This document shows, in pieces, positions 1-7,514 of a stretch of DNA of 64,000 nucleotides. Each line of letters begins with the position of its first letter. Positions within the stretch are counted from its first letter, which is position 1. The notes under the pieces were generated by a model, which saw only the letters and a list, made by a program, of their open reading frames with translations, made no database searches and was not told the origin of the DNA. The stretch is from a virus: the IMG/VR virus record IMGVR_UViG_3300021389_000010, positions 18,426-82,425 of that record. One strand, written 5' to 3'. Made by a program: the position numbers and the translations under genes.

Positions 1-65
1 TTCTCCTTTACCGGTTAGATACATAAACAAGACAGCAAGCATAAGTGTAAGTACAATTAGTGTTT

Positions 66-182
66 TCATTTCTCTTTGGTGTTAAAGGTTATATGTGTGT
101 ACGTATAATGTGAAGGTTTACCCTTATTTTGTATGTTTAAACGTACAATTTTACCCTTAATTTGTGACAATTTAAGGTTCAT
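66..182 (-). CDS. small hypothetical protein ending TFNTKEK
   Basis: Manual translation MNLKLSQIKGKIVRLNIQNKGKPSHYTYTHITFNTKEK*. The stop overlaps the next ATG (ATGA). An in-frame GTG at 212 is an alternative start. Confidence 0.5.
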   Translation of the reverse strand: MNLKLSQIKGKIVRLNIQNKGKPSHYTYTHITFNTKEK

Positions 183-208
183 CGTTGTGAGGATTTGCGA
201 TTCGCGAA

Positions 209-394
209 TCACATTCGTATTAACCTAAGTCTACGTTGGTACTTGCGTATCAACATCGCTGAGTTTGTTAGTTGATGTTGAATGTCAGTCGACCAACCAA
301 ACCTACTCGCATGTAGGGTAAGGTTGATCTGATCCAACTCAAGCATACGCAGGTATGCCTCAGTTCTTTTTATGTGTTTGCGTTTACGGAACAT
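209..394 (-). CDS. small basic phage protein (paralog of 59698-59883)
   Basis: 61 aa; 55/61 identical to the ORF at 59698-59883. Confidence 0.85.
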   Translation of the reverse strand: MFRKRKHIKRTEAYLRMLELDQINLTLHASRFGWSTDIQHQLTNSAMLIRKYQRRLRLIRM

Positions 395-395
395 G

Positions 396-539
396 TTAGT
401 ATCCGAATAAAGTGTTGAGCCCCTTGATAATCACGTAGAAGAACGTGAAGATTGGGCCGTAAATAAATACATAAGCAAGCAACTCCATTACTAATGAAGG
501 CTTCTTTCTCGGTTGAAATTCTTTGGGTGTCTTAGGCAT
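396..539 (-). CDS. small membrane protein (paralog of 59880-60017)
   Basis: Manual translation MPKTPKEFQPRKKPSLVMELLAYVFIYGPIFTFFYVIIKGLNTLFGY*; shares KPS and YGPIFTFFY with the paralog. Confidence 0.75.
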   Translation of the reverse strand: MPKTPKEFQPRKKPSLVMELLAYVFIYGPIFTFFYVIIKGLNTLFGY

Positions 540-1179
540 AAGTCAATTCATTTAATTTTAATATTTCTAAACATAAGTCATGCGGTATCTTACTCCGCTC
601 ATGGTTGTTGGCTCTCCCTTGAGTGCCTGTTTGTGACCCTCTTGGTGCAGGCTCATGACAAGGCGCACCATTCTTACACATAGGGCGTGGGTTCCAACGC
701 AAGTCGTTAGTCCATATGTCGGTTGGCTTCATACGTGTGTCTCCATACTGGCAGTACGTTACCGTGTGCCGTATCGGATGACGCTTCATGAAGTCCATCT
801 TGCGTAGCATACCACGAGGGTTCTCAATGTAGTACACAAGGTTAGGATTCAACAGTGTAAAGTAGTGTATCAACTCATGAACTTTGTCCATAATCTTGTC
901 ACTCTTTACAGCGAAATCTGACGTAGGTTCTTGTCCATTGCGGTGGTGTCTTACACCTGCAATACTATACGATGTACACGGGGGTGATGCCCAGATCACA
1001 TCGGGTACCCATAGATTCTTAGTGAATCCATGCACTTCTGCTACATCAAAGTCCAGGATGTCAACAACGTAGTCGATACCACCAAACTGTTTGATGTCAC
1101 TTGAGAATACATTCATCCCAAGTTCTTCTGCGGCTTTGCCCACTGAACGTGAGCCAGCAAATAATTCTAATACTTTCAT
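532..1179 (-). CDS. DNA (cytosine-5) methyltransferase, compact phage type
   Basis: Motif I VLELFAG, motif IV ASPPC and motif VI IENP. Confidence 0.85.
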   Translation of the reverse strand: MKVLELFAGSRSVGKAAEELGMNVFSSDIKQFGGIDYVVDILDFDVAEVHGFTKNLWVPDVIWASPPCTSYSIAGVRHHRNGQEPTSDFAVKSDKIMDKVHELIHYFTLLNPNLVYYIENPRGMLRKMDFMKRHPIRHTVTYCQYGDTRMKPTDIWTNDLRWNPRPMCKNGAPCHEPAPRGSQTGTQGRANNHERSKIPHDLCLEILKLNELTYA

Positions 1180-1197
1180 AAGGCAAGTTGTATTTAG

Positions 1198-1491
1198 TTA
1201 TCTGTACTCTATCTTCCACACCTTCACGGTGCCTTCGTTAATCATATCGAACACGCTATCCCAATCATTAGCATCCATTGCCCACTCAAGGTCATCCTTG
1301 TGGTGTGGTATTCCAAAGTTGCTGAATGCATAGCCACCCGTACGGATTACGAAATCTCCATCGTCGTTCTTACTCGCTATCCATCTGTACTTGTTGTCGC
1401 ACATCACGGACACCAAGTCAATCTTGATTTGACGTATCGAATCCGGTACTCTTAGTGTAGGTGGGTAGTCCACCAATTGTCTATAAGTCAT
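1198..1491 (-). CDS. hypothetical protein
   Basis: 97-aa ORF in the packed minus-strand operon. Confidence 0.7.
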   Translation of the reverse strand: MTYRQLVDYPPTLRVPDSIRQIKIDLVSVMCDNKYRWIASKNDDGDFVIRTGGYAFSNFGIPHHKDDLEWAMDANDWDSVFDMINEGTVKVWKIEYR

Positions 1492-1636
1492 ACTCTTGTT
1501 TATTAAATTCTACTTCTGCTTTGGCAAGCACCTCAAGTGCCTGATCTAATTGTATACGTATGTAGGTACTGTGTAGAAGCGCGGCGGTATCCCGCGCCTC
1601 TTCCACAATACGTACCGCTTTACGGAACTCATTCAT
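1481..1636 (-). CDS. small hypothetical protein (distant paralog of 60228-60440)
   Basis: Manual translation MNEFRKAVRIVEEARDTAALLHSTYIRIQLDQALEVLAKAEVEFNKQEYDL*; fills the gap between neighbouring ORFs. Confidence 0.65.
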   Translation of the reverse strand: MNEFRKAVRIVEEARDTAALLHSTYIRIQLDQALEVLAKAEVEFNKQEYDL

Positions 1637-2217
1637 TATCCACCACGTTTAGAAGTTAAACGCTCAATGAAACTAAGTTTGTCACGACTTAGCCCGGTGT
1701 TCTTTAAGCCACTAAGACTTTGGTTCACATCATCACTCACCTCATCTGCAAGAGATTGTAGTTCACTTAGTGGTACCTCCTCTATCTCAATTTGAGATTG
1801 TAGAGTAGACTCAAGGCCTCTGAATGCAACGAACTCATCGAGTTCAGTCACCTTACGGATAGCCATAGCCAACAGCGGGTCGGTGCTGTCATTGGATATG
1901 AACTCACGCAGTAATTGTTTCGCTTGATTTGCATCAAGTGCTTCAATCTCCACGCTATCCAGGATCGCAGGGGTGTTGGGTACTACCGCTCGCTTGAGTA
2001 CTCGTGAGTCCTCTGCGATAGGTGTAATAGTTGTGAGGGTAGGTAGGTTCCTTCCTCTACCACAAAATTCTACGAACGCTAAACGCGCATCCTCGTAGTC
2101 TTTTGCGAAGACTGTAAAGTAAGATAGCATTGTCTCACCCGCAGGTGCTACTCGGTCAATACTCTTACTGCCTTCACCCAAGTAAGGATTGGGTACGGTT
2201 ACTGCAAATACTTTCAT
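1636..2217 (-). CDS. hypothetical protein
   Basis: About 193 aa; start placed at the second ATG of the ATGCTTATG motif. Confidence 0.7.
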   Translation of the reverse strand: MKVFAVTVPNPYLGEGSKSIDRVAPAGETMLSYFTVFAKDYEDARLAFVEFCGRGRNLPTLTTITPIAEDSRVLKRAVVPNTPAILDSVEIEALDANQAKQLLREFISNDSTDPLLAMAIRKVTELDEFVAFRGLESTLQSQIEIEEVPLSELQSLADEVSDDVNQSLSGLKNTGLSRDKLSFIERLTSKRGG

Positions 2218-2235
2218 AAGCATAGTTGTGCGGTG

Positions 2236-2442
2236 TTATCCTCTTGCACTCTTGAGTTTGGTTGTTACTAAATCATCTATGTCGCTCATCGCTAATTCGA
2301 TTTCATGGGGTTGCGACCCACCATCTTCTATCTCCATCATACATAGGTCAAAGAAGTCATGCACCTCATCCGTAAGATCTGGGTGCTTGGCCACGATGTC
2401 CTTGCAGTATGTAATAAAGTTATCTATCATCCTGTCATCCAT
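2236..2442 (-). CDS. small acidic protein (paralog of 60433-60642)
   Basis: FFDLxMMEIExGGSQxHEIELA is shared with 60433-60642. Confidence 0.8.
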   Translation of the reverse strand: MDDRMIDNFITYCKDIVAKHPDLTDEVHDFFDLCMMEIEDGGSQPHEIELAMSDIDDLVTTKLKSARG

Positions 2443-2443
2443 T

Positions 2444-2683
2444 TTAAACTGTGTAAATAGTTTCCGTTACGCCTGTCTTGTAGTCATAAAACATGGCGGC
2501 ACCTCCATCATTCCCTTCATCATCGCACTGCAATATCAATTGCGTGTCGTCTTGGAATATCAATACGAGTGGGTTCTTGTACCACATTAAATCGTTCATC
2601 TCTGAATCTTCCAATCTTCTTACCGCTTTTACGGTCTTGTTCTCCAGCATTTCGCCGAATTTTTTTATGTGTTTCTTATCCAT
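2444..2683 (-). CDS. hypothetical phage protein
   Basis: 79 aa, DDEGNDGGA motif, operon packing. Confidence 0.7.
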   Translation of the reverse strand: MDKKHIKKFGEMLENKTVKAVRRLEDSEMNDLMWYKNPLVLIFQDDTQLILQCDDEGNDGGAAMFYDYKTGVTETIYTV

Positions 2684-2753
2684 ATCTCATGTGTATAAGG
2701 TTACTAATCCGTTAATCATTTCCAAATGTGTCTCGCAAATTGAGACTAAATAC

Positions 2754-2984
2754 TTACTCAACTCTATCGTTTATAATTTTATCAATACTATCTCGTAACT
2801 CTTTAGAGAGCAGTTCGGTAGGCAAGTACACAAGGTTACCCTCGTGGTCATACATACTCACCTCCAGATCTTCCACCTCATGTTCGGTGTAAGGTGGCGT
2901 GTCGTATGTACCTTCATCTCGGTACACAGCAACAGTGGCCACCACGTTCAACGTGTTGTCTTTGTATTCTAATTCAAATTCCAT
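2754..2984 (-). CDS. hypothetical acidic protein
   Basis: 76-aa ORF coupled to the upstream stop (TAATG). Confidence 0.65.
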   Translation of the reverse strand: MEFELEYKDNTLNVVATVAVYRDEGTYDTPPYTEHEVEDLEVSMYDHEGNLVYLPTELLSKELRDSIDKIINDRVE

Positions 2985-3865
2985 TACGCTATATCTTTAA
3001 GGTCATCACCCTCGTAGCCACACTCAAGGCTTGTCCATAATTCCATGACCTCATCGACTGCATCGAGTTGGTATGCACTACAATTCATACACTCTGCGTT
3101 GAAGTTTATCTTCGTGTTTTGTGTGCCACATCCTACGCAGTCATACGTTCCTTGCAGTGGTGCTTCAGTGTCGTATGCTATGTCATCTAACTCATCGGTA
3201 GTAGTTACACCAAAGGATGCGTTCCAAGAATCCACATCGGCCTTGTCATCATCCCAATCGTAGGTGTACTGGCTCGATCCTGTGACGGCTGTGCTTCCGT
3301 AGTATCGTACGGCACGTGAATGGCTGTCGTTACTGAACCAATTGTCACCAATCCATGAGCCTGCACCCTCATTGAATATGCGGTACAACCCCTCGTTGTC
3401 CATGAACACCACCTTACTTGAGCCACCCAAGTATGTGAAGATTGCATCCTCGATAAAGGGGTTGTCGAGCATCTCAATATCTACGTTGGGTATGGTGCCC
3501 ACAAGTTCTGCGAACTCGGCAGTGTCACTCTTGTCCTTAGTTCCGAACCCCGAAATAACACCGTTGTGTATGAGTCCAAGTGTAGGTGTCACAGCGAATG
3601 GGTGTAGGTACTCGTCACTCATACCGTGTGTAGCGATACGGAAGTGCAAGAGCATGGGCTTGTCACCCACATCGGAAGTCTTGAGTTCGCGGTAACGCTC
3701 AAGGAATTTGTCAAACGAGTTGCCCCCCTTGTTAGGGAACTTCTCGATACACAACAAGCCATCCATGATGTAGAGCATACCGGCCCCATCATCGTTGTTG
3801 TTCCAACAGTTCTTTAGTTTTTTCTTAGGTAACATCTTACCATCATTCATAATTGCAATACACAT
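2984..3865 (-). CDS. class II (Ntn) glutamine amidotransferase
   Basis: A start at 3865 gives MCIAI (N-terminal Cys). Motifs NDDGAG, HFRIATHG, HPF, HNG and SDT are present. Confidence 0.88.
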   Translation of the reverse strand: MCIAIMNDGKMLPKKKLKNCWNNNDDGAGMLYIMDGLLCIEKFPNKGGNSFDKFLERYRELKTSDVGDKPMLLHFRIATHGMSDEYLHPFAVTPTLGLIHNGVISGFGTKDKSDTAEFAELVGTIPNVDIEMLDNPFIEDAIFTYLGGSSKVVFMDNEGLYRIFNEGAGSWIGDNWFSNDSHSRAVRYYGSTAVTGSSQYTYDWDDDKADVDSWNASFGVTTTDELDDIAYDTEAPLQGTYDCVGCGTQNTKINFNAECMNCSAYQLDAVDEVMELWTSLECGYEGDDLKDIA

Positions 3866-3918
3866 AAGCATAGTTGTGCGGTTATATCCCATCGCACTCT
3901 TCGGTTTCGGTTATATAA

Positions 3919-5295
3919 TTATTTTTGTTCTTCAAGAAGTTTATCCATCGCCTCCAAAGTAGGTTGCGCATCAGTCACGTAGTTCATACCGAACTTGTCT
4001 CGCAGTCTATCCACCGCCTCACTTGAGTACGACACGATAGTACGTGGGTCTACCTTGCGGTTCTTCAATCTACGCACAGCACTCTTGTAGAATACACCTA
4101 CACCATCAGCACTAAAATTGAATGAACCGTACAAGTCATCGGCAAACTGAGCGTATAGGCTCACTACCTTCAGCACTTGGTCATTCGAGTACACCTTACG
4201 CAAGTGAATACCCAATGCACTCTTAGGATTGAGCATCATAGTAATCAATTGCAACGGCTTGATGTTCTCGTTAGCACACATAATACGCATCAGATCCCTA
4301 CGCCATAGCAGGTTGGTCACGTTCTTGAACGCAGGTGGTAAGCGGAACTCAATGTATCTACTTTGAATGTTGACCGCTGAATACTTGCCGGCACGCTTGT
4401 AGTTGTCCGGCTTACGTTGTATTTGCGAGTAGTGGTTAGTAATCCGGTGTCTCCATATAGTTAGAAACAACGGCACGAATGCTTGAATCGAATCGAAAAA
4501 TTCCTCACCCGATATACCGCGCTTACCTACATTGATGTGTCCACCACAATTACTGCCGTAGTCAGCGTTGATATGGTCACGAAGTATTCGGCCCTCCAAA
4601 GCACTGTCTAACAGCGGGTCATTCAAGTCATAGATTGGACTGACTAATTCAAAGCCGGTCTCATCGCATAGGCTACTATCCGACTCGCGGCACCACCCTG
4701 TCTCATCCACAGCATCCAAGTCCCACGTATCTAACGGGTCATCATCTTCCTTCTCGACCTCGAAGCCGATTGTGTACACAGTGTCACGTGAAGTGAAGTC
4801 CCTGCGAAACCCACTATGGTATTCATGCAGTTGGCGGTCATTCTCCTCTTGAAGTCGGTACTCCTCATTGCGCTCACTCCAAAAGATATTCGAACCACAA
4901 TCATCAATGTGGTACGTGCCCCCATCTTCCTCGCAGTACAGCGTGTCATCTGTCCAACACCACCCGCCTTCGTACATACTGTACGACCCATCTATGTAGG
5001 AAACACTGCACTCATTGTCGTAGTCTGGCCACCATATCTTGTCACCACACACAAGTGTTTTTACATCTGACACGTACTCGTCATTAAGTATGGTGACTCT
5101 ATTGAAACCCCCATCGTGGTGCAACATAGGTCTATCACACATCGCTTCTCGAGCAAACTCTCCCTCGTACTCGCTCGGTGCTGTAAGCATTAAGCAGTCA
5201 TCTAAATTCTCGACTTCGCCGTTAAAACAAACGACTTGTCCATCTTTCAATTCATCCATAGGCATATGTTTATGTGCATCATTAGCCCTGCACAT
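3919..5295 (-). CDS. putative amidoligase (COOH-NH2 ligase, glutamine synthetase-like fold)
   Basis: IGFEVE, SDSSL, GFELVSP, CGGHINVG, KYSAVN and IEFRLP motifs; adjacent to the amidotransferase. The true start may be 5259. Confidence 0.8.
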   Translation of the reverse strand: MCRANDAHKHMPMDELKDGQVVCFNGEVENLDDCLMLTAPSEYEGEFAREAMCDRPMLHHDGGFNRVTILNDEYVSDVKTLVCGDKIWWPDYDNECSVSYIDGSYSMYEGGWCWTDDTLYCEEDGGTYHIDDCGSNIFWSERNEEYRLQEENDRQLHEYHSGFRRDFTSRDTVYTIGFEVEKEDDDPLDTWDLDAVDETGWCRESDSSLCDETGFELVSPIYDLNDPLLDSALEGRILRDHINADYGSNCGGHINVGKRGISGEEFFDSIQAFVPLFLTIWRHRITNHYSQIQRKPDNYKRAGKYSAVNIQSRYIEFRLPPAFKNVTNLLWRRDLMRIMCANENIKPLQLITMMLNPKSALGIHLRKVYSNDQVLKVVSLYAQFADDLYGSFNFSADGVGVFYKSAVRRLKNRKVDPRTIVSYSSEAVDRLRDKFGMNYVTDAQPTLEAMDKLLEEQK

Positions 5296-5301
5296 TTAGG
5301 C

Positions 5302-5392
5302 TTAGGGGACTGCATGGGACTCGAACCCATAGTACACCCAAACACCACGTTATAAACCAAAACCAAAAGACTTGGTGCTTGTGTAGCAGTCC
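5302..5392 (-). ncRNA. tRNA-like structured element, copy 1
   Basis: GGACTGC/GCAGTCC 7-bp stem, T-arm ATGGG-TTCGAGT-CCCAT, long central hairpin with a TTTTGGTTTTGGTTT loop, 3' CCTAA. Confidence 0.75.
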
Positions 5393-5428
5393 GTTTATAG
5401 TGTGGTCTCCACTACCAAATCATCCCTA

Positions 5429-5474
5429 CAAACATAGGGTAACTATCTGACAATCAGCGTTAAAGAAATGTTAA
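5429..5474 (-). promoter_or_regulatory. early promoter TTAACA-N5-TTAACG-N21-TATGTTTG
   Basis: Same architecture and spacing at four to five sites. Confidence 0.75.
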
Positions 5475-5495
5475 AACTCATTCTCAACCTTCGGT

Positions 5496-5660
5496 TCAAC
5501 GTATGAGCGATCGGATAATACCTACGTCTACCGTACCGTACTTGTCATGTACCTTACATAGGTACGCCCAAGCCTCGCGTATTTCCTTCTCGCTCCCTCT
5601 CCTTCTGCCGGTGTGTATAGCAACAGCCCGGCTCAGTCTTTGTAACTCATTCATGCTCAT
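5496..5660 (-). CDS. small hypothetical protein
   Basis: Manual translation MSMNELQRLSRAVAIHTGRRRGSEKEIREAWAYLCKVHDKYGTVDVGIIRSLIR*. Confidence 0.55.
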   Translation of the reverse strand: MSMNELQRLSRAVAIHTGRRRGSEKEIREAWAYLCKVHDKYGTVDVGIIRSLIR

Positions 5661-5670
5661 TCACATTTGT

Positions 5671-5739
5671 TTAGGGGACTACGAGTGTCTCGCTCACTCA
5701 GTGCAACAGGGGCATAGGTATCCCCTTTGCAGGTAGTCC
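5671..5739 (-). ncRNA. tRNA-like structured element, copy 2
   Basis: GGACTAC/GTAGTCC stem, arm GAGTG-AGCGAGA-CACTC, central hairpin TGCAA-AGGGG-ATACCTATG-CCCCT-G-TTGCA, 3' CCTAA. Confidence 0.65.
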
Positions 5740-5777
5740 GTTGTAGGTGTGGTCACCACCATCCAAAAAGTACAGTT

Positions 5778-5999
5778 CTATTTCCGCTTTGCCCTACGGG
5801 TTTCACGTTGGGCTTGTGCCCTGTATACCTTGCGGTCAATCCGGTCAGCGTACATGTTTTCAAGTGCATCGGCTTTCATCTTACCCCGAACCTTGCGCTT
5901 ACTTGCACTTGCAGTCTTACCGCCCAGAGTCGGTGCGCTCACCACTCGGACTACGTACTCATAGCCCTTGTGGTTGCGTTGTGTTGCGAAATTCCCCAT
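5778..5999 (-). CDS. small basic hypothetical protein
   Basis: 73 aa, coupled by TAATG to the upstream ORF. Confidence 0.6.
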   Translation of the reverse strand: MGNFATQRNHKGYEYVVRVVSAPTLGGKTASASKRKVRGKMKADALENMYADRIDRKVYRAQAQRETRRAKRK

Positions 6000-6235
6000 T
6001 ACACATTTGTGTTTTGAGGGGCAACAAACATATCGAAGTTGCCTTGCACAAGTAAGCGGAACTGCGGGTCACGGACACTCTTGTAGGCACCAGCCAGTAG
6101 GTCTGTGTAGAAGCCGAACGATGCGAAGGCTTCGGTGTTGATGAAATCTTCGAACAGGTTTTCGATGAAGTCACGCCCCATTGTGCTTTCGAGGGCTTGC
6201 AATTGTGTGGTTGTGTTGGGTGTTGTGTTGTCCAT
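5999..6235 (-). CDS. hypothetical protein, first gene of the leftward early operon
   Basis: 78 aa, preceded by TTGCCTTATG and an A-rich leader. Confidence 0.65.
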   Translation of the reverse strand: MDNTTPNTTTQLQALESTMGRDFIENLFEDFINTEAFASFGFYTDLLAGAYKSVRDPQFRLLVQGNFDMFVAPQNTNV

Positions 6236-6276
6236 AAGGCAATCGTTTTTAGTTTTCGGTTATCGTTTCAACACCA

Positions 6277-6322
6277 CAAACAACCAACAAGATTTTTTAA
6301 TAATATCACAACAAAATGTTAA
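6277..6322 (-). promoter_or_regulatory. degenerate early promoter TTAACA-N5-TTGTGA-N21-GTTGTTTG
   Basis: Same spacing as the other early promoters; lies upstream of 5999-6235. Confidence 0.5.
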
Positions 6323-6329
6323 AATCCCT

Positions 6330-6960
6330 GCGCATTATGCCCACCAATTTTCCTGCGTACATACAGGATCAGGCGTCGCGCGATGCTGCTTCACGCGTAA
6401 GGGAAGGGTCGAGTCAGTCCATCCCGTGATGAGCAAGTCCATGACTTGCGAAGGCGTGTGTGTATGTATGTGTACGCGCGTCACTCGCGCGCATAGCACG
6501 AAGGAATGGTTCACATTTGAGATTTCGCATTCTAAGGGGGTGTGGTGCTTCTCGAATGGAGTCCGAGGTATGGGAGGTAGGGGATTGCCGAGATAGTATA
6601 GAGATATCCCCCTACCACTACGTAGTAGGGGGTATATCTATAGAAAATAATTGACAAATCCAAATGAAAAAACACGCTTTAACAAAACTTTAACAGCACG
6701 TTTTAACAAGGCTTTAACAGAAAATTTTTGTATTCATGTGTGTAGGCGTATGTGTGCGCAGGCAGGGGCGCAGGCGTGCCCGAGCGCAGGCGTGCAGGCG
6801 CGAGTGTGTATGTATGTACAGGTGCGCGTGTGTGTGCGTATGTGTGTGCGCGCGTGCATGGGTTGATTCTTCCCACCCTTTTATATATCAACCCCCTACC
6901 GAGCGTGTACATGTGAGCGCATACAGGATCTGGCGTGCGCATAATGCACACGTAAGATAG
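6330..6960. other. non-coding region with alternating purine-pyrimidine tracts, a palindrome and a TTAACA array
   Basis: No credible ORF; (GT/GC)n tracts; inverted repeat at 6597-6642; four TTAACA copies at 6679-6719. Confidence 0.7.
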
Positions 6961-6969
6961 AAACACACT

Positions 6970-7015
6970 TTAACAAGGCGTTAACACTTTACAGCGAAAT
7001 AACCCCCTATGTTTG
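6970..7015 (+). promoter_or_regulatory. early-type promoter TTAACA-N5-TTAACA-N21-TATGTTTG
   Basis: Directly upstream of ORF 7039. Confidence 0.75.
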
Positions 7016-7038
7016 CGGTGTAACCAAAACGAAATACG

Positions 7039-7464
7039 ATGAAAAATTACAACGACAGAACGATTGAACTACTACGTAGGGACATGGAAGCCTTCGACAA
7101 GCAAGTGCGTGACTGCGTAGTGTACATGTACGACTCGATTGTGAACCACGAAGTGAATGCAATTACTAAAGACTACCTACCGGTAGTTAAACTGATTGAA
7201 ATTGTCAATGAAGTTGCCGATGCGCTCGACCTTGTGCATGATGTGTGCAAGGTGACCCATGAGCACCTGTGTCACATGAGCCTAGTGTACTCGTACTGCG
7301 ACTTTGCACATGGCCATGATACACGAATGGAAGTTGTTTGTGAACTGATTGGAACAATACTCACTGATGAGGTAGAAATGTCCACTCGTTCGATTTACAG
7401 CCCTACATTCGAAGTTCTCGATGAAGGCTCACACTTGCAGGTGTACACAGAACACATGGACTGA
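7039..7464 (+). CDS. hypothetical protein (monocistronic)
   Basis: 141 aa with its own promoter and terminator. Confidence 0.75.
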   Translation: MKNYNDRTIELLRRDMEAFDKQVRDCVVYMYDSIVNHEVNAITKDYLPVVKLIEIVNEVADALDLVHDVCKVTHEHLCHMSLVYSYCDFAHGHDTRMEVVCELIGTILTDEVEMSTRSIYSPTFEVLDEGSHLQVYTEHMD

Positions 7465-7487
7465 GCCTACATGATGCACACACGAAG

Positions 7488-7514
7488 CCCCGCCATTGAG
7501 CGGGGTTTTTTTTT
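7488..7514 (+). terminator. intrinsic terminator
   Basis: CCCCGC-CATTGA-GCGGGG followed by T9. Confidence 0.85.

Noticed and set aside
209-394. 209-394 and 59698-59883 as direct terminal repeats or a DGR pair
   Set aside because: Differences are many, largely synonymous and not adenine-specific, and the flanks differ.
5302-5392. Canonical tRNA genes at 5.3, 5.7 and 62.3 kb
   Set aside because: There is no D-arm, no 5-bp/7-nt anticodon arm and no CCA; they are reported as tRNA-like elements instead.
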